Source of the DNA: Candidatus Methanoperedenaceae archaeon
Lineage (GTDB): Archaea > Halobacteriota > Methanosarcinia > Methanosarcinales > Methanoperedenaceae
NCBI GenBank assembly: GCA_963753595.1
Contig: CAVWCX010000011.1
Span: 1-37,919, forward strand
DNA length: 37,919 nt
Direction: 5' to 3'
Positions within the stretch are counted from its first letter, which is position 1. Each line of letters starts with the position of its first letter. A program made the translations under genes and the position numbers. Below, in pieces: positions 9,826 through 19,239 of this stretch. The notes under the pieces were generated by a model, which was not told where the DNA came from, did no database searches, and saw only the letters and a list, made by a program, of their open reading frames with translations.

Positions 9826-10551
9826 TCATTGTTTTCTCGCTAAAATAACATTGTCCAGATATAGATTTTTATTTTTTGGCAGGATTTTGGACAATATTAG
9901 TCCGCATATCAAAATCGGAGAACATAGAAATATTGAAATCAAAACATTGAGATATCGATTTTTTGTCAAAAATATTGTATATATATATGAAGAAAACATT
10001 TGTACTAAAGTCTCTACATAATTACCACTTTTATATTGTTCAATTATCTCAAAACCCTTTTTTGAAAAAAAATAATTCGAACCAAATGAAGTATAACGCC
10101 AGTAGTCATACGGTGCTTCATGTTCATCCCACACAAAAGGAACTGTCATAAGAAGTAAACCATCTGGTTTTAGAACACGATATATCTCTTCCATTAATTG
10201 TTCCTGGTCAAGAACATGCTCTAATACTTGATTTGAGATTACATAATCAAAAAAAGAATCGGTAAACGGAAAAACTTTTCCGTCATAGAATACATCTGCA
10301 GATTTTGCATCATCATCGTGCCCACCCCCGGCAATGTCTAAACCAATATACGAAGTTACATTGAACAATGATTCGTATGGTTTCCTTCCGCAACCTACAT
10401 CTAATAAATAACCACCATCAAAATAGTGAATAATTTTTTCAATGTTTTGTAATAAATTTATTCGTGATATATAAAAAGGATTTATAAAAATACCAGGTAG
10501 CGTAGGAAAAAAGGCTTGTTTTTTGATATAATTCTCTATTCTGGTTAACAT
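9826..10551 (-). CDS. Class I SAM-dependent methyltransferase (type 11, sugar-locus type)
   Basis: LLDVGCGRKPY, FDYVISNQVLEHV, LKPDG and HEAPYDYWRYT motifs. Confidence 0.9.
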   Translation of the reverse strand: MLTRIENYIKKQAFFPTLPGIFINPFYISRINLLQNIEKIIHYFDGGYLLDVGCGRKPYESLFNVTSYIGLDIAGGGHDDDAKSADVFYDGKVFPFTDSFFDYVISNQVLEHVLDQEQLMEEIYRVLKPDGLLLMTVPFVWDEHEAPYDYWRYTSFGSNYFFSKKGFEIIEQYKSGNYVETLVQMFSSYIYTIFLTKNRYLNVLISIFLCSPILICGLILSKILPKNKNLYLDNVILARKQ

Positions 10552-10627
10552 ATTTCATTTCCTTTGGGTCTGTAATATCAATATCTTCATAGGTAAATTC
10601 AAGCCCAACAAAACTGATAGTAAATGT

Positions 10628-11557
10628 TCATTTAAAGGCTCCTCTGAGGATATGTTTGATTTTATTTACTCCTTTTTGCAATAATGGACGACCTGAAAAA
10701 ATAATCTTTTCGGTTGTTGAATCTGCCACTGAATCACGCAAAATATAAGGAGGATGTGATAGAGGAAAAATCATATTTCCAGTTTTCATCTCTGCTAACT
10801 TATTTATTTCTATTGTATGAACCGCATCTGTAGCAAATCCTATATTAGACACTAGATTAACAGCTGGTAAAATCGTCAATGCACTTTGTATCCAGCATGA
10901 AAAAGTCCACTGGTAATCCCATGTATCTATCTTCCCTTTATACACATTTTCAAATCTATTTTTCCAATACCAAACGCTTATTTTAGCCCCAAGCAAATCC
11001 TGCAACCATCCCCCATCGCGAATCTCTGGCCACAGTTTCATATCAACGTCATAATTCTCCCAGGCTCTTTGCCAGGATGCCCAGCCCCATATATGAGGAT
11101 AACGAGAGAAGTAATAACTATATTCAGTCCTTTTTCGACCAAACTGGAAATTATCCCCACTGATCATGGCAATCCGTTTATCATCCCGGTACTTATTGAG
11201 CATTTCCTCGCAAAACCGGAAGAATGTCGGATGCGGCAGGCAGTCATCTTCAAGAATAATTGCTTCTTCAACTGTATCGAACACCCAGTCCAGGCCACTC
11301 GACACCCGGCGTTTACAGCCCATATTCACATCAGAATAATTGGTCAAAACCTTGCAGTCCCAATCCACACCGTCGATGATAGCACGAACAGCAGCGCATT
11401 TTTCCACATCACCGGGATGGTCTGTGCGCGGACCATCCGCAACGACCAGAAGTTTTGGTGGTCTGGCTTTGGCTATTTCTGCAAACACTCTCCTGGTGGT
11501 GTCAGGGCGGTTGAATATTAAGAAAGCGACCGGGGTTTTTAATTGGTAATTGGACAT
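10628..11557 (-). CDS. GT-A fold nucleotide-diphospho-sugar transferase (HlpA-like/GT2-related)
   Basis: FNRPD, ADGPR, IILEDDCLP, HIWGWASW, TWDYQW and NLVSNIGF motifs. Confidence 0.85.
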   Translation of the reverse strand: MSNYQLKTPVAFLIFNRPDTTRRVFAEIAKARPPKLLVVADGPRTDHPGDVEKCAAVRAIIDGVDWDCKVLTNYSDVNMGCKRRVSSGLDWVFDTVEEAIILEDDCLPHPTFFRFCEEMLNKYRDDKRIAMISGDNFQFGRKRTEYSYYFSRYPHIWGWASWQRAWENYDVDMKLWPEIRDGGWLQDLLGAKISVWYWKNRFENVYKGKIDTWDYQWTFSCWIQSALTILPAVNLVSNIGFATDAVHTIEINKLAEMKTGNMIFPLSHPPYILRDSVADSTTEKIIFSGRPLLQKGVNKIKHILRGAFK

Positions 11558-11586
11558 TTTGTATTTTTTATAATTTAAATAAATCT

Positions 11587-13023
11587 TCAAGTTTTTCTAT
11601 GGCTAAGACAATTATTAAGAATTTCACTGATATATTTTATAATAATTTTCATTTTAGTATTTACTGAATAACTTAAATCTATACCCTTGAATTTTCCCTT
11701 AAACAGAGAATCAGGATCGTAGTATTTATATGGTATTCCTGCAAGTGATTGGAAATATCCATATTTCATAGCACCGAGATTTGAAAGAGGCTTTAAGTGG
11801 TCATTGATCAAATTAATAAGTTCTTCATGATCTTTTGGAATATAACAACTCTCCAGGTCTTCATATGATGATCTGCCTGCGAGTATCGATGGCTTTCCCC
11901 AATAAACACTCTCAATACCAACTGTTGACCCGAAAGTAATCACTTTCTCACATGCATCCATCAGTTCATATGAGTCGATCTTTGAATCTGCAGGAATGAC
12001 AATTAAATTTTTACCTTTTAACTCAGATAGTTCTCTCGTTTGGGTATTGTCCAATCCTTTCAGATTCGGATGGATTCTTAAATAGAATCTTATATTCTCA
12101 TCTATCTCGGAATTTAAAATTGCATTAATCGCATCGGTCTGGTTTTTGTATATTGGATTCTCCCAACCCTCAATTGCTGCAAATTCATCTTCAGATGAAA
12201 TGTATATTGAAACATTTCTCTTTGATGCGTCAAAACCATCCGGCATTTTCCTCTTGTTTTGGGATTTTGTATATGAATACCACCCCTGGTCCTTTCCGCC
12301 TCTACGATCTATAAACCATTGCTTTGCGATATCTTCTTTTTCATTGTCAGGCCAGTCATTATCCCAAAAATTATTAATTATATTTTTTTGATATTCAATG
12401 TCATGTGGGTAAGTATCTTCAGAAAGTGCGTATTTTTTTGAAACACCAGCACGTTCATGGACAAAAGTTTTAATACCAAGATCCTGAGCCGCTCTCAGAG
12501 CAGGTCTTATTGCTGCGAATCTCCCATTAAATAGATAAAATATATCAGGTTCGATTTGTTGTATATGGTACTTTATAGCATTATAAACTGAGTTTGACAT
12601 TAATATATTTTCATAAATATAATTTTTAAAATTGCTTACGTTTGGATTGGGATCACGGGTCTTACTAATCAATGTGGAAGCAACCGCCATTCCAATATCA
12701 ACATTGTTAATTTTAAACGAGTTTAACTCTTCGATGGAATGAAAATCAGGCAGGTCTAAACATTTATAAAAATTATTTAAAGCAAGTTCATGTCGATTCT
12801 GATCTGGCAGGTTTATTATAGATAATCCTCTGTCACACTGATATCTGCATGCAATACAACGAAATTTTGTGTGAGATGGATTTGGTTCACATGATGGCAG
12901 ATCACCTGAACACTGGATGATATGGACTTCATCTCCTGCATCGAGATGTCTGGCTGCAATTTCCAGGTCGGTTCCGAGATGAGGGATCCATGCTGCATAT
13001 GACATGTATATTAGGATTTTCAT
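11587..13023 (-). CDS. Capsule-synthesis/KpsS-like protein, candidate nonulosonic acid transferase
   Basis: FNGRF, RIHPN and ITFGSTVGIES..GKP motifs resemble KpsS/Capsule_synth proteins; Cys-rich N-terminal segment. Confidence 0.65.
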   Translation of the reverse strand: MKILIYMSYAAWIPHLGTDLEIAARHLDAGDEVHIIQCSGDLPSCEPNPSHTKFRCIACRYQCDRGLSIINLPDQNRHELALNNFYKCLDLPDFHSIEELNSFKINNVDIGMAVASTLISKTRDPNPNVSNFKNYIYENILMSNSVYNAIKYHIQQIEPDIFYLFNGRFAAIRPALRAAQDLGIKTFVHERAGVSKKYALSEDTYPHDIEYQKNIINNFWDNDWPDNEKEDIAKQWFIDRRGGKDQGWYSYTKSQNKRKMPDGFDASKRNVSIYISSEDEFAAIEGWENPIYKNQTDAINAILNSEIDENIRFYLRIHPNLKGLDNTQTRELSELKGKNLIVIPADSKIDSYELMDACEKVITFGSTVGIESVYWGKPSILAGRSSYEDLESCYIPKDHEELINLINDHLKPLSNLGAMKYGYFQSLAGIPYKYYDPDSLFKGKFKGIDLSYSVNTKMKIIIKYISEILNNCLSHRKT

Positions 13024-13184
13024 GTTTGCCTCATGTTAATAAAACCTCTATGAGGGGTACATTCTGGCGCATCTCCCACCCACATTTTAATATCAATAAT
13101 ATTTTTTTCTTTGAGAGAATTTATGGCAATTCTAGCGTTTATAGAATCAAAACCCCAAATTATTGTATTTTTCATTTTCACCAT
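13020..13184 (-). pseudogene. 54-aa ORF, probable N-terminal remnant of a replaced gene
   Basis: MVKMKNTIIWGFDSINARIAINSLKEKNIIDIKMWVGDAPECTPHRGFINMRQT*; starts just after the upstream stop, and its stop overlaps the next ATG (ATGA). Confidence 0.4.
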
Positions 13185-13195
13185 ACGTCAATTCA

Positions 13196-13948
13196 CTAAT
13201 GTTTATTCGAACCAAACACATTTAATTTACCAGCATTGTATATATCTTCATTCAATGATTTGGTATTCATCCTTGGAGTTTCTATAGTCACAAACCCAAA
13301 TGGATTATCCAATATACACTGTTTAAAATATGCAAAATCATACTCACCATCTCCAATATTTAAATGCTCATCCCTTTCCACGCCCAGTGTTCCATCGCTT
13401 ACATGAAAGACTTTTGGCTCAAATGGTAAAAATCCATTAATATACTCCTTATAATCAACCCCAAGACTCACCGCAGCTTTTACTGCATGCCCGAAATCCA
13501 GGCACAGCCCCAAATCACTATCCCCGATCAGCTCTTCGATCTGGTCAGGTGAATACCCGATCATCGCCTCATCATCCAGCCCAACCTTCGGCATGTTTTC
13601 GATGAGGAGCCTGTTGTCTGATAGCTTGCGCAGCAGGTCTATAGCATGTTGCATGGAACCGTGACCTGCATGAAGTATCAAATATTTTGCGTTTAGCTGG
13701 TCAGCCCAGTTGATAGATTCGTTGATTTTTTGCAGGTTATATTCTTTTATGCTGTCTTCTCCGATATTCACACCAAATCTGTGGTGAGGGATGTGAATGA
13801 TAAAAGGCATATCGATAATAAATGGTTCTATTTGAGTACCGGGAATTACAAACAATTCAATGTAATCGAATATTTTTTCATCGATAAGCTGGATTGCCTG
13901 ATCAATTAAGTTTGTATTTATAGACCACAATTTTAATCCGAATTTCAA
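13196..13948 (-). CDS. TIM-barrel protein, xylose isomerase/AP endonuclease 2-like
   Basis: Metal-ligand pattern ILHAG, LIENMP, CLDFGHA, FHVSD, DEHL, TIETP; TTG start after GAGGA. Confidence 0.8.
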   Translation of the reverse strand: MKFGLKLWSINTNLIDQAIQLIDEKIFDYIELFVIPGTQIEPFIIDMPFIIHIPHHRFGVNIGEDSIKEYNLQKINESINWADQLNAKYLILHAGHGSMQHAIDLLRKLSDNRLLIENMPKVGLDDEAMIGYSPDQIEELIGDSDLGLCLDFGHAVKAAVSLGVDYKEYINGFLPFEPKVFHVSDGTLGVERDEHLNIGDGEYDFAYFKQCILDNPFGFVTIETPRMNTKSLNEDIYNAGKLNVFGSNKH

Positions 13949-13999
13949 GAATATCCTCTACCATACTTTAATGATAACATATATATTAGCTACTTCACC

Positions 14000-14418
14000 T
14001 CATGGTATTGATACAACAATAATTGATGATTGATTTGGGATGAGCTGGATTTTTAATGGTTCTATACGACTAATATTATATTTAAGGTCTTCAATGTTTT
14101 AAATAAAATTCTATTATGATCCGAATTGTAAAGATAAAGTCTCTGTGAAGGACTACCTAATTCAAAAACAGGCTCAATCATGATTATTTTCTTGCTAGCT
14201 AATCTATGCATCTCTTTCAAAGCAAGTTCTCCAGAATATGATATCTGTTCCAAACAATGCATACTGAATACAACATCAAAATGTTTGTCATCCCGTATCG
14301 TTTTACTTGTGATTGATTGTTGGGATAATTCAATATCATTGAGTCTTTTTCCATAAAATTTCTGTGCATCATATATTGATTTACTATCGAGATTGGTTTT
14401 TAGCCAAGGTGTTTCATA
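14000..14418 (-). pseudogene. Degraded class I methyltransferase (C-terminal part only, frameshifted)
   Basis: Frame reads ...DDKHFDVVFSMHCLEQI...ALKEMHRLASKKIIMIEP; no start codon or SAM motif I; an apparent frameshift near 14080 continues ...IEPLKIQLIPNQSSIIVVSIP*. Confidence 0.65.
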
Positions 14419-14489
14419 TTAATTAAGATAACGATGACGAACTCTCAATTATATATCCAAATTTTGATATAAATACAATGTTGAACTTT

Positions 14490-15536
14490 TCATTCTATCA
14501 AATCCCAGCTTAAAGGTGTTCCTCTTTTAACATCCTTTTTCGTTTTTCTTCCAAGAATATCCTTAATGTATTTGGGAGCAAGTCCAAATCCTGGCCTTAT
14601 GGATCTTACATTCGCATCCGTAAATACGGCTCCTGCTTTCGTATCTTCCACCACGAACAGTGAACGTGAGAATTCCCTGCTTTTCTTACTTTTTTCTGTC
14701 AGATCATAATTGACAGTACCCAATGCCTTTTCCACGTCTCTAACTGCTTTAACCATTGCTCTGAATTCATTTGGTTCCATTGAGAATGCGGCATCCGGTC
14801 CACCCATTTTCCTATCCAATATAAAGTGTTTCTCTATTATCTTTGCTCCGAGTGCCACCGCCGCTATAGGGACCGAAATACCCAACGTGTGGTCCGACAG
14901 GCCCACAATTGTGTTGAAGGTATCTGCCAGATTTGGGATGGTTCTTAAATTAACCTCTTCAAGTGGTGCAGGGTATGCTGATGTGCATTTCAAGAGCAAA
15001 ATCTGGTCATTCCCCATTCTCTTGCAGGCATTTACGGCTTCTTCAATGTCTGCAAGCCTGGCTATACCGGTAGAGATGATCACAGGCTTTCCTTTTGATG
15101 CAATATATTCGATGAGGGGTATGTCTGTTATCTCAAAGGATGCAACCTTATAGGCTGGGACCTTCATCTCTTCAAGGAAATCTACGGACGTCCTGTCAAA
15201 AGGAGATGAGAAACAAACAAGATCTAATTCCTCTGCGATTTCTTTGAGTTTTGGTTGCCATTCCCATGGGGTGTATGCTTCCTGATAGAGTTGATATAAT
15301 GTTTTACCATCCCATAATGTACCTTGATTTATCTGGAAATGTTCGGTATCTGAATCTATTGTTATTGTGTCTGGAGTATAGGTCTGGAGTTTGACTGCAT
15401 CTGCACCAGATTCTTTTATGGCTCTTATTGTATCTACCGCAAGGTCAAAATTTTGAAGATGATTTGCCGAGAGTTCTGCTATTATAAACACAGGATTGCC
15501 ATCTCCTATTGGACTATTTTTTAAAACTATCATCAT
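14490..15536 (-). CDS. pseI: Pseudaminic acid synthase (NeuB family)
   Basis: IAELSANH, KLQTYTPDT, LYQEAYTPWEW, KVASFEI, KCTSAYPA, SDHTLG and IEKHF motifs; C-terminal SAF domain. Confidence 0.9.
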   Translation of the reverse strand: MMIVLKNSPIGDGNPVFIIAELSANHLQNFDLAVDTIRAIKESGADAVKLQTYTPDTITIDSDTEHFQINQGTLWDGKTLYQLYQEAYTPWEWQPKLKEIAEELDLVCFSSPFDRTSVDFLEEMKVPAYKVASFEITDIPLIEYIASKGKPVIISTGIARLADIEEAVNACKRMGNDQILLLKCTSAYPAPLEEVNLRTIPNLADTFNTIVGLSDHTLGISVPIAAVALGAKIIEKHFILDRKMGGPDAAFSMEPNEFRAMVKAVRDVEKALGTVNYDLTEKSKKSREFSRSLFVVEDTKAGAVFTDANVRSIRPGFGLAPKYIKDILGRKTKKDVKRGTPLSWDLIE

Positions 15537-16206
15537 CTTTAGAACTCCTTTCTTTGTATATTTTTACAATATATTTGCAACCATTATATTCAAAAAAAGC
15601 GGGATATTCATCATTATTTACAATTCTCAACAGGTCAAATTGTTCTTTGATACTTTTATTAATATCTAATTCACTATCTTTTGGTGTTCTTTTCCTGTAA
15701 TGAGTAATTGTTCCACTTTGTTTAATAGGCATCAGATTATTATAATCATTTAAAAATTTAAGACACAACTCAAATGTTTTTTTGGCTTGTTTCTCTCTTA
15801 TTTCATCATTAAGCTCATGACCTTCAAGTAAAATATAATCTTTAATATAGAAGTCTCCATCATCAGCATTTTCATTTGCTTCAAATAATGTAATAGGAAT
15901 CTTATTCTTTTTTTCTAATATTTGCCAGAATAATGGTGCCCAGCCTCTGCCATTTGGTAAATCACTCGCATGAATTACAATGTTATGTTTATGTTTTCTT
16001 AAAAAATTGTTTCCAATTATTTTGAAATAGCTCAGAATGAAGACAATTTCAAAATCACGATTAATTTCGTCATGATCTAAAAACAAATTTGTATCATAGC
16101 CAATTGCATTTAAAATATTCATTAATTTTTGAGCATAAGGCACAAACCAACTATCCGATGTGAGTACAGCTATTTTTTTAAATTTCATTTTAAATCTCTC
16201 ACACAT
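15514..16206 (-). CDS. Sugar N-formyltransferase (Fmt-like)
   Basis: NIVIHASDLPNGRGWAP (HxSxLPxxRG) followed by ADDGD; LRIVNNDEYPAFF tail. Confidence 0.8.
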   Translation of the reverse strand: MCERFKMKFKKIAVLTSDSWFVPYAQKLMNILNAIGYDTNLFLDHDEINRDFEIVFILSYFKIIGNNFLRKHKHNIVIHASDLPNGRGWAPLFWQILEKKNKIPITLFEANENADDGDFYIKDYILLEGHELNDEIREKQAKKTFELCLKFLNDYNNLMPIKQSGTITHYRKRTPKDSELDINKSIKEQFDLLRIVNNDEYPAFFEYNGCKYIVKIYKERSSKDDDSFKK

Positions 16207-16278
16207 TCAAATGCTTCAGTGCATTTTAAACCAATATATAATTCTTCTCTTCATTATACAACCGCTCAAAGGTACTTT

Positions 16279-17589
16279 TCATGTCAATCTCTTGAATCCA
16301 GAATGGCAAACCGGACCCTTTAAATATTTATCTGGATTTCCATCCTTAATTGCTATGGAAATTAAAGTAAATGTTGAGTCCACTGCGTCAGAATATTTTT
16401 CAATGAATTCATCTTGGTGAGCATATGACGCATAAAATCCATTCGAAGCCAAGAAACCTTTTTCCAGCATCAATTGTGTGAAAAGCGTTTTTATAACCAG
16501 AGGTTTTTCATATTTGAAATCAAAATGTCCCAAGGGATCAATCCCCGAAATCTCAATATCAATATCATATTTAGAAGCAATAGTTTTCCACAAGTCTTTA
16601 ACTTTCTTTCCAGCCCCTATCAAATGTTCAGTGACGTTATTATCCTTTATCTTATTTATTGTTGCAAGAGCTGCTGTTGGTCCAATTCTATCTGTCCAAT
16701 ATGTGCTGCTTATGAAGGTATCCTGTGCAACTTCCATCACATCGTTCTTACCTATTATCGCAGCCATGGGAAACCCATTGCTCATCCCCTTTGCGAAAAC
16801 CGCTATATCCGGTTCCAGATCAAAAAGCAGATGCGCTCCCCCATTATTCAATCTAAAACCTGCTGTGATTTCATCTACGATCAAGACTATTCCCAGATCA
16901 TTTGTTACCTGCCTTATGGTTTTAATAAAATCCTTATCAGGCACAAAATTCCTTATAGGTTCCATGACCACAACCCCGATATTGTCTTTATGTTCTTCGA
17001 CAAGTCTCAGGAAACCTTCCGTATCATTATAAATAAATGGATATGCCAAACCTTTCAATGCCTGCGGCACACCAAGAGGATTCAATCCAGGCAGCAAATG
17101 CCCATCCAGCGATTTCTCATCAGCAAGATTCGAAGAGAGATACCAGTCATGCCAGCCATGGTAGCCACAGAAGAGCACAGTATCTTTTCCGGATTTTGCC
17201 CTTGCGATCCTCACTGCGATCATCATAGATTCTCCCCCTGTTCTTGCATATCTCACCATTTCTGCCCAGGGATGAAGTTTGATCAAAAGCTCGGCAAGTT
17301 CCACTTCTTCAGGAGCATTCAGGGTGCACATATTTCCTTTATCAACAGCCGATTTGACAGCTTTATTTACATCATCATCAGCATATCCAAGGATGCAGGA
17401 GCCAACTCCCATGGTGCTCATATCTATGTATTTTTTCCCATCAAGATCCCACACCTCACATCCTTTTGCCCTATCGTAATATGCTGGCCAGAGTTCAGGA
17501 AGGAACATTTCTGGCCTCTTTGATAATAACTGCGTTCCACCCGGGATTAATTCCGTGGCTCGTTTGTAAAGTTCCTGTGATTTACCCAT
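16279..17589 (-). CDS. Class III PLP aminotransferase (glutamate-1-semialdehyde aminomutase-like)
   Basis: WDLDGKKYID, RTGGE, GYHGWHDW, DEITAGFR and FAKGMSNGFP (PLP lysine); glycan-locus context argues against a true hemL. Confidence 0.85.
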   Translation of the reverse strand: MGKSQELYKRATELIPGGTQLLSKRPEMFLPELWPAYYDRAKGCEVWDLDGKKYIDMSTMGVGSCILGYADDDVNKAVKSAVDKGNMCTLNAPEEVELAELLIKLHPWAEMVRYARTGGESMMIAVRIARAKSGKDTVLFCGYHGWHDWYLSSNLADEKSLDGHLLPGLNPLGVPQALKGLAYPFIYNDTEGFLRLVEEHKDNIGVVVMEPIRNFVPDKDFIKTIRQVTNDLGIVLIVDEITAGFRLNNGGAHLLFDLEPDIAVFAKGMSNGFPMAAIIGKNDVMEVAQDTFISSTYWTDRIGPTAALATINKIKDNNVTEHLIGAGKKVKDLWKTIASKYDIDIEISGIDPLGHFDFKYEKPLVIKTLFTQLMLEKGFLASNGFYASYAHQDEFIEKYSDAVDSTFTLISIAIKDGNPDKYLKGPVCHSGFKRLT

Positions 17590-18370
17590 TTTGACGCTCT
17601 TCAATGCCCTCTGAACTTAAAATCTTATCTTCTTTCAATGATTTCAGATATCCTTCGTTTCTGCTGAGTGAGTTATTTATTTTTTCTATCTCCGGATTTT
17701 CATTTGTGAATTTAAGTATTTCCTTCATACCAAAAAACGGATTGTTCTTATAAAGGTTCTCGTATATTAATTTTATGAACTCATAATCTTCCGGATTATC
17801 CAGAGTCCACCTCTTTTGGGATAGGTCTTCATTATATTCTAAATTCACATGTTTGAAGGATGGATTTTTCCTTATATAAGGAGTCACATGTTCCCGTTCT
17901 GAAGCTAGATTTGCATTTTTCCATGCTTCTTTTAATGCATTAAATGTGAATATCTCAGTATCCTGTCCATCTGGAAATGTTTCTTTTAGGGTATTTGATG
18001 TATAATCCGCTTTTTCGGACAAATGCAATGCAACAACATCATCTATTGTTTTTGGATCTATCAACGGACAATCTGATGTTATTCTTACAATATGGTCTGC
18101 TTTGAAAAGCCTTGCTGTCTGATAATATCGGTCAAGAACGTCATCAACTGAGCCGCAGTAAACACTTATTCCAAGAGAGGCACAGAGCTTCACGATTTCA
18201 AGATCTTCTTTATTGATTGTTGTCGCAACTATAACATCATTGGCAAGTTTGCTTGATCTTACTCGTCCAATAACATGCTCCAGCACAGTTCTGCCTTCAA
18301 GACCAAGCAGGACTTTTCCAGGTAATCTCGTTGACCCAAGTCTTGCCTGGATTATTGTGATGATATTCAT
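17582..18370 (-). CDS. SpsF-like sugar cytidylyltransferase
   Basis: IIQARLGSTRLPGKV, GSVDDVLDRY, RITSDCPLID, REHVTPYI and RWTLDNPED motifs. Confidence 0.85.
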   Translation of the reverse strand: MNIITIIQARLGSTRLPGKVLLGLEGRTVLEHVIGRVRSSKLANDVIVATTINKEDLEIVKLCASLGISVYCGSVDDVLDRYYQTARLFKADHIVRITSDCPLIDPKTIDDVVALHLSEKADYTSNTLKETFPDGQDTEIFTFNALKEAWKNANLASEREHVTPYIRKNPSFKHVNLEYNEDLSQKRWTLDNPEDYEFIKLIYENLYKNNPFFGMKEILKFTNENPEIEKINNSLSRNEGYLKSLKEDKILSSEGIEERQNG

Positions 18371-19239
18371 TGTGATCTTACCTTCCAATTAACAGGCAGT
18401 ATAATTTTCTCATCATCTTCTTTAAATTGAGAAAGTTCATTGAGTATATTTCTAACATTTGTAAGATAATCTAATGATGAGATATTTTCTTTCAAATTCT
18501 CAATACTATCAACACCAACAACAACCTTATCCACAGAATCATTAAGTATTGCGAAATTCAGACACAAGGCCCCCATGGGAATATCATATTTCATTGACAA
18601 CGAGTTGAGGGCTAATATTTTTTCTTTTATTTTGGCAAAATGCCCGACTAACTCTTCAGGATTTTTAAAGACCAGACCCTGGAGGAAAACAGACCTCACA
18701 TGAATTTCTACATTCCTATTTTTAAGTTCGTTAAAAAATGGTTCAAATCTTCTGTCGAATATACTATACGGTACTTGTATAATATCTATTTCTAATTTTT
18801 TCTTGAGAATATATTCCAGTTCAGAGGGATAATATAGTGAAAAGCCGATTTTTTGAATCTTTTTTCCTGTTTTCAATTTCTCAAGGATATCCCATATTTC
18901 CGGATTTTCTTTATAATGTTGAAAGTTGTGAATAAGGTATCCATATATTCTGTCGATGTTCAGTTTTTTGAGAGAAATATCAAACAAGTCTTCTATTTGC
19001 TCAATTTTGCAGTCAGGCGATTTAGTTACTAACCTGAATTGTTTTTTATATTTTTTTATAAAATCCCCTATAACAGTTTCACTTTCACCATATAAATAAG
19101 CTGTATCAAGGGTATCTATTCCAGATTTAATTGCCTCATTAAGGATTTCAAACACTTCATCCCTTGGTATTTTCCCTCTTTTATTGCTGACACCGTAATC
19201 CATGCCGAACTGAACAGTCCCAAGTGCTATCTTATTCAT
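18367..19239 (-). CDS. Aldo/keto reductase
   Basis: LGTVQFG, DTAYLYG, TK, LIH, IGFSLY, IQVPYS and RSVFLQG motifs. Confidence 0.85.
   Translation of the reverse strand: MNKIALGTVQFGMDYGVSNKRGKIPRDEVFEILNEAIKSGIDTLDTAYLYGESETVIGDFIKKYKKQFRLVTKSPDCKIEQIEDLFDISLKKLNIDRIYGYLIHNFQHYKENPEIWDILEKLKTGKKIQKIGFSLYYPSELEYILKKKLEIDIIQVPYSIFDRRFEPFFNELKNRNVEIHVRSVFLQGLVFKNPEELVGHFAKIKEKILALNSLSMKYDIPMGALCLNFAILNDSVDKVVVGVDSIENLKENISSLDYLTNVRNILNELSQFKEDDEKIILPVNWKVRSQ

Noticed and set aside
16474-17523. 349-aa antisense ORF
   Set aside because: Mirror of the aminotransferase codons with no recognisable motifs.
16279-17589. Call as hemL
   Set aside because: Context and the GYHGWHDW variant fit the glycan-cluster paralogues rather than tetrapyrrole synthesis.
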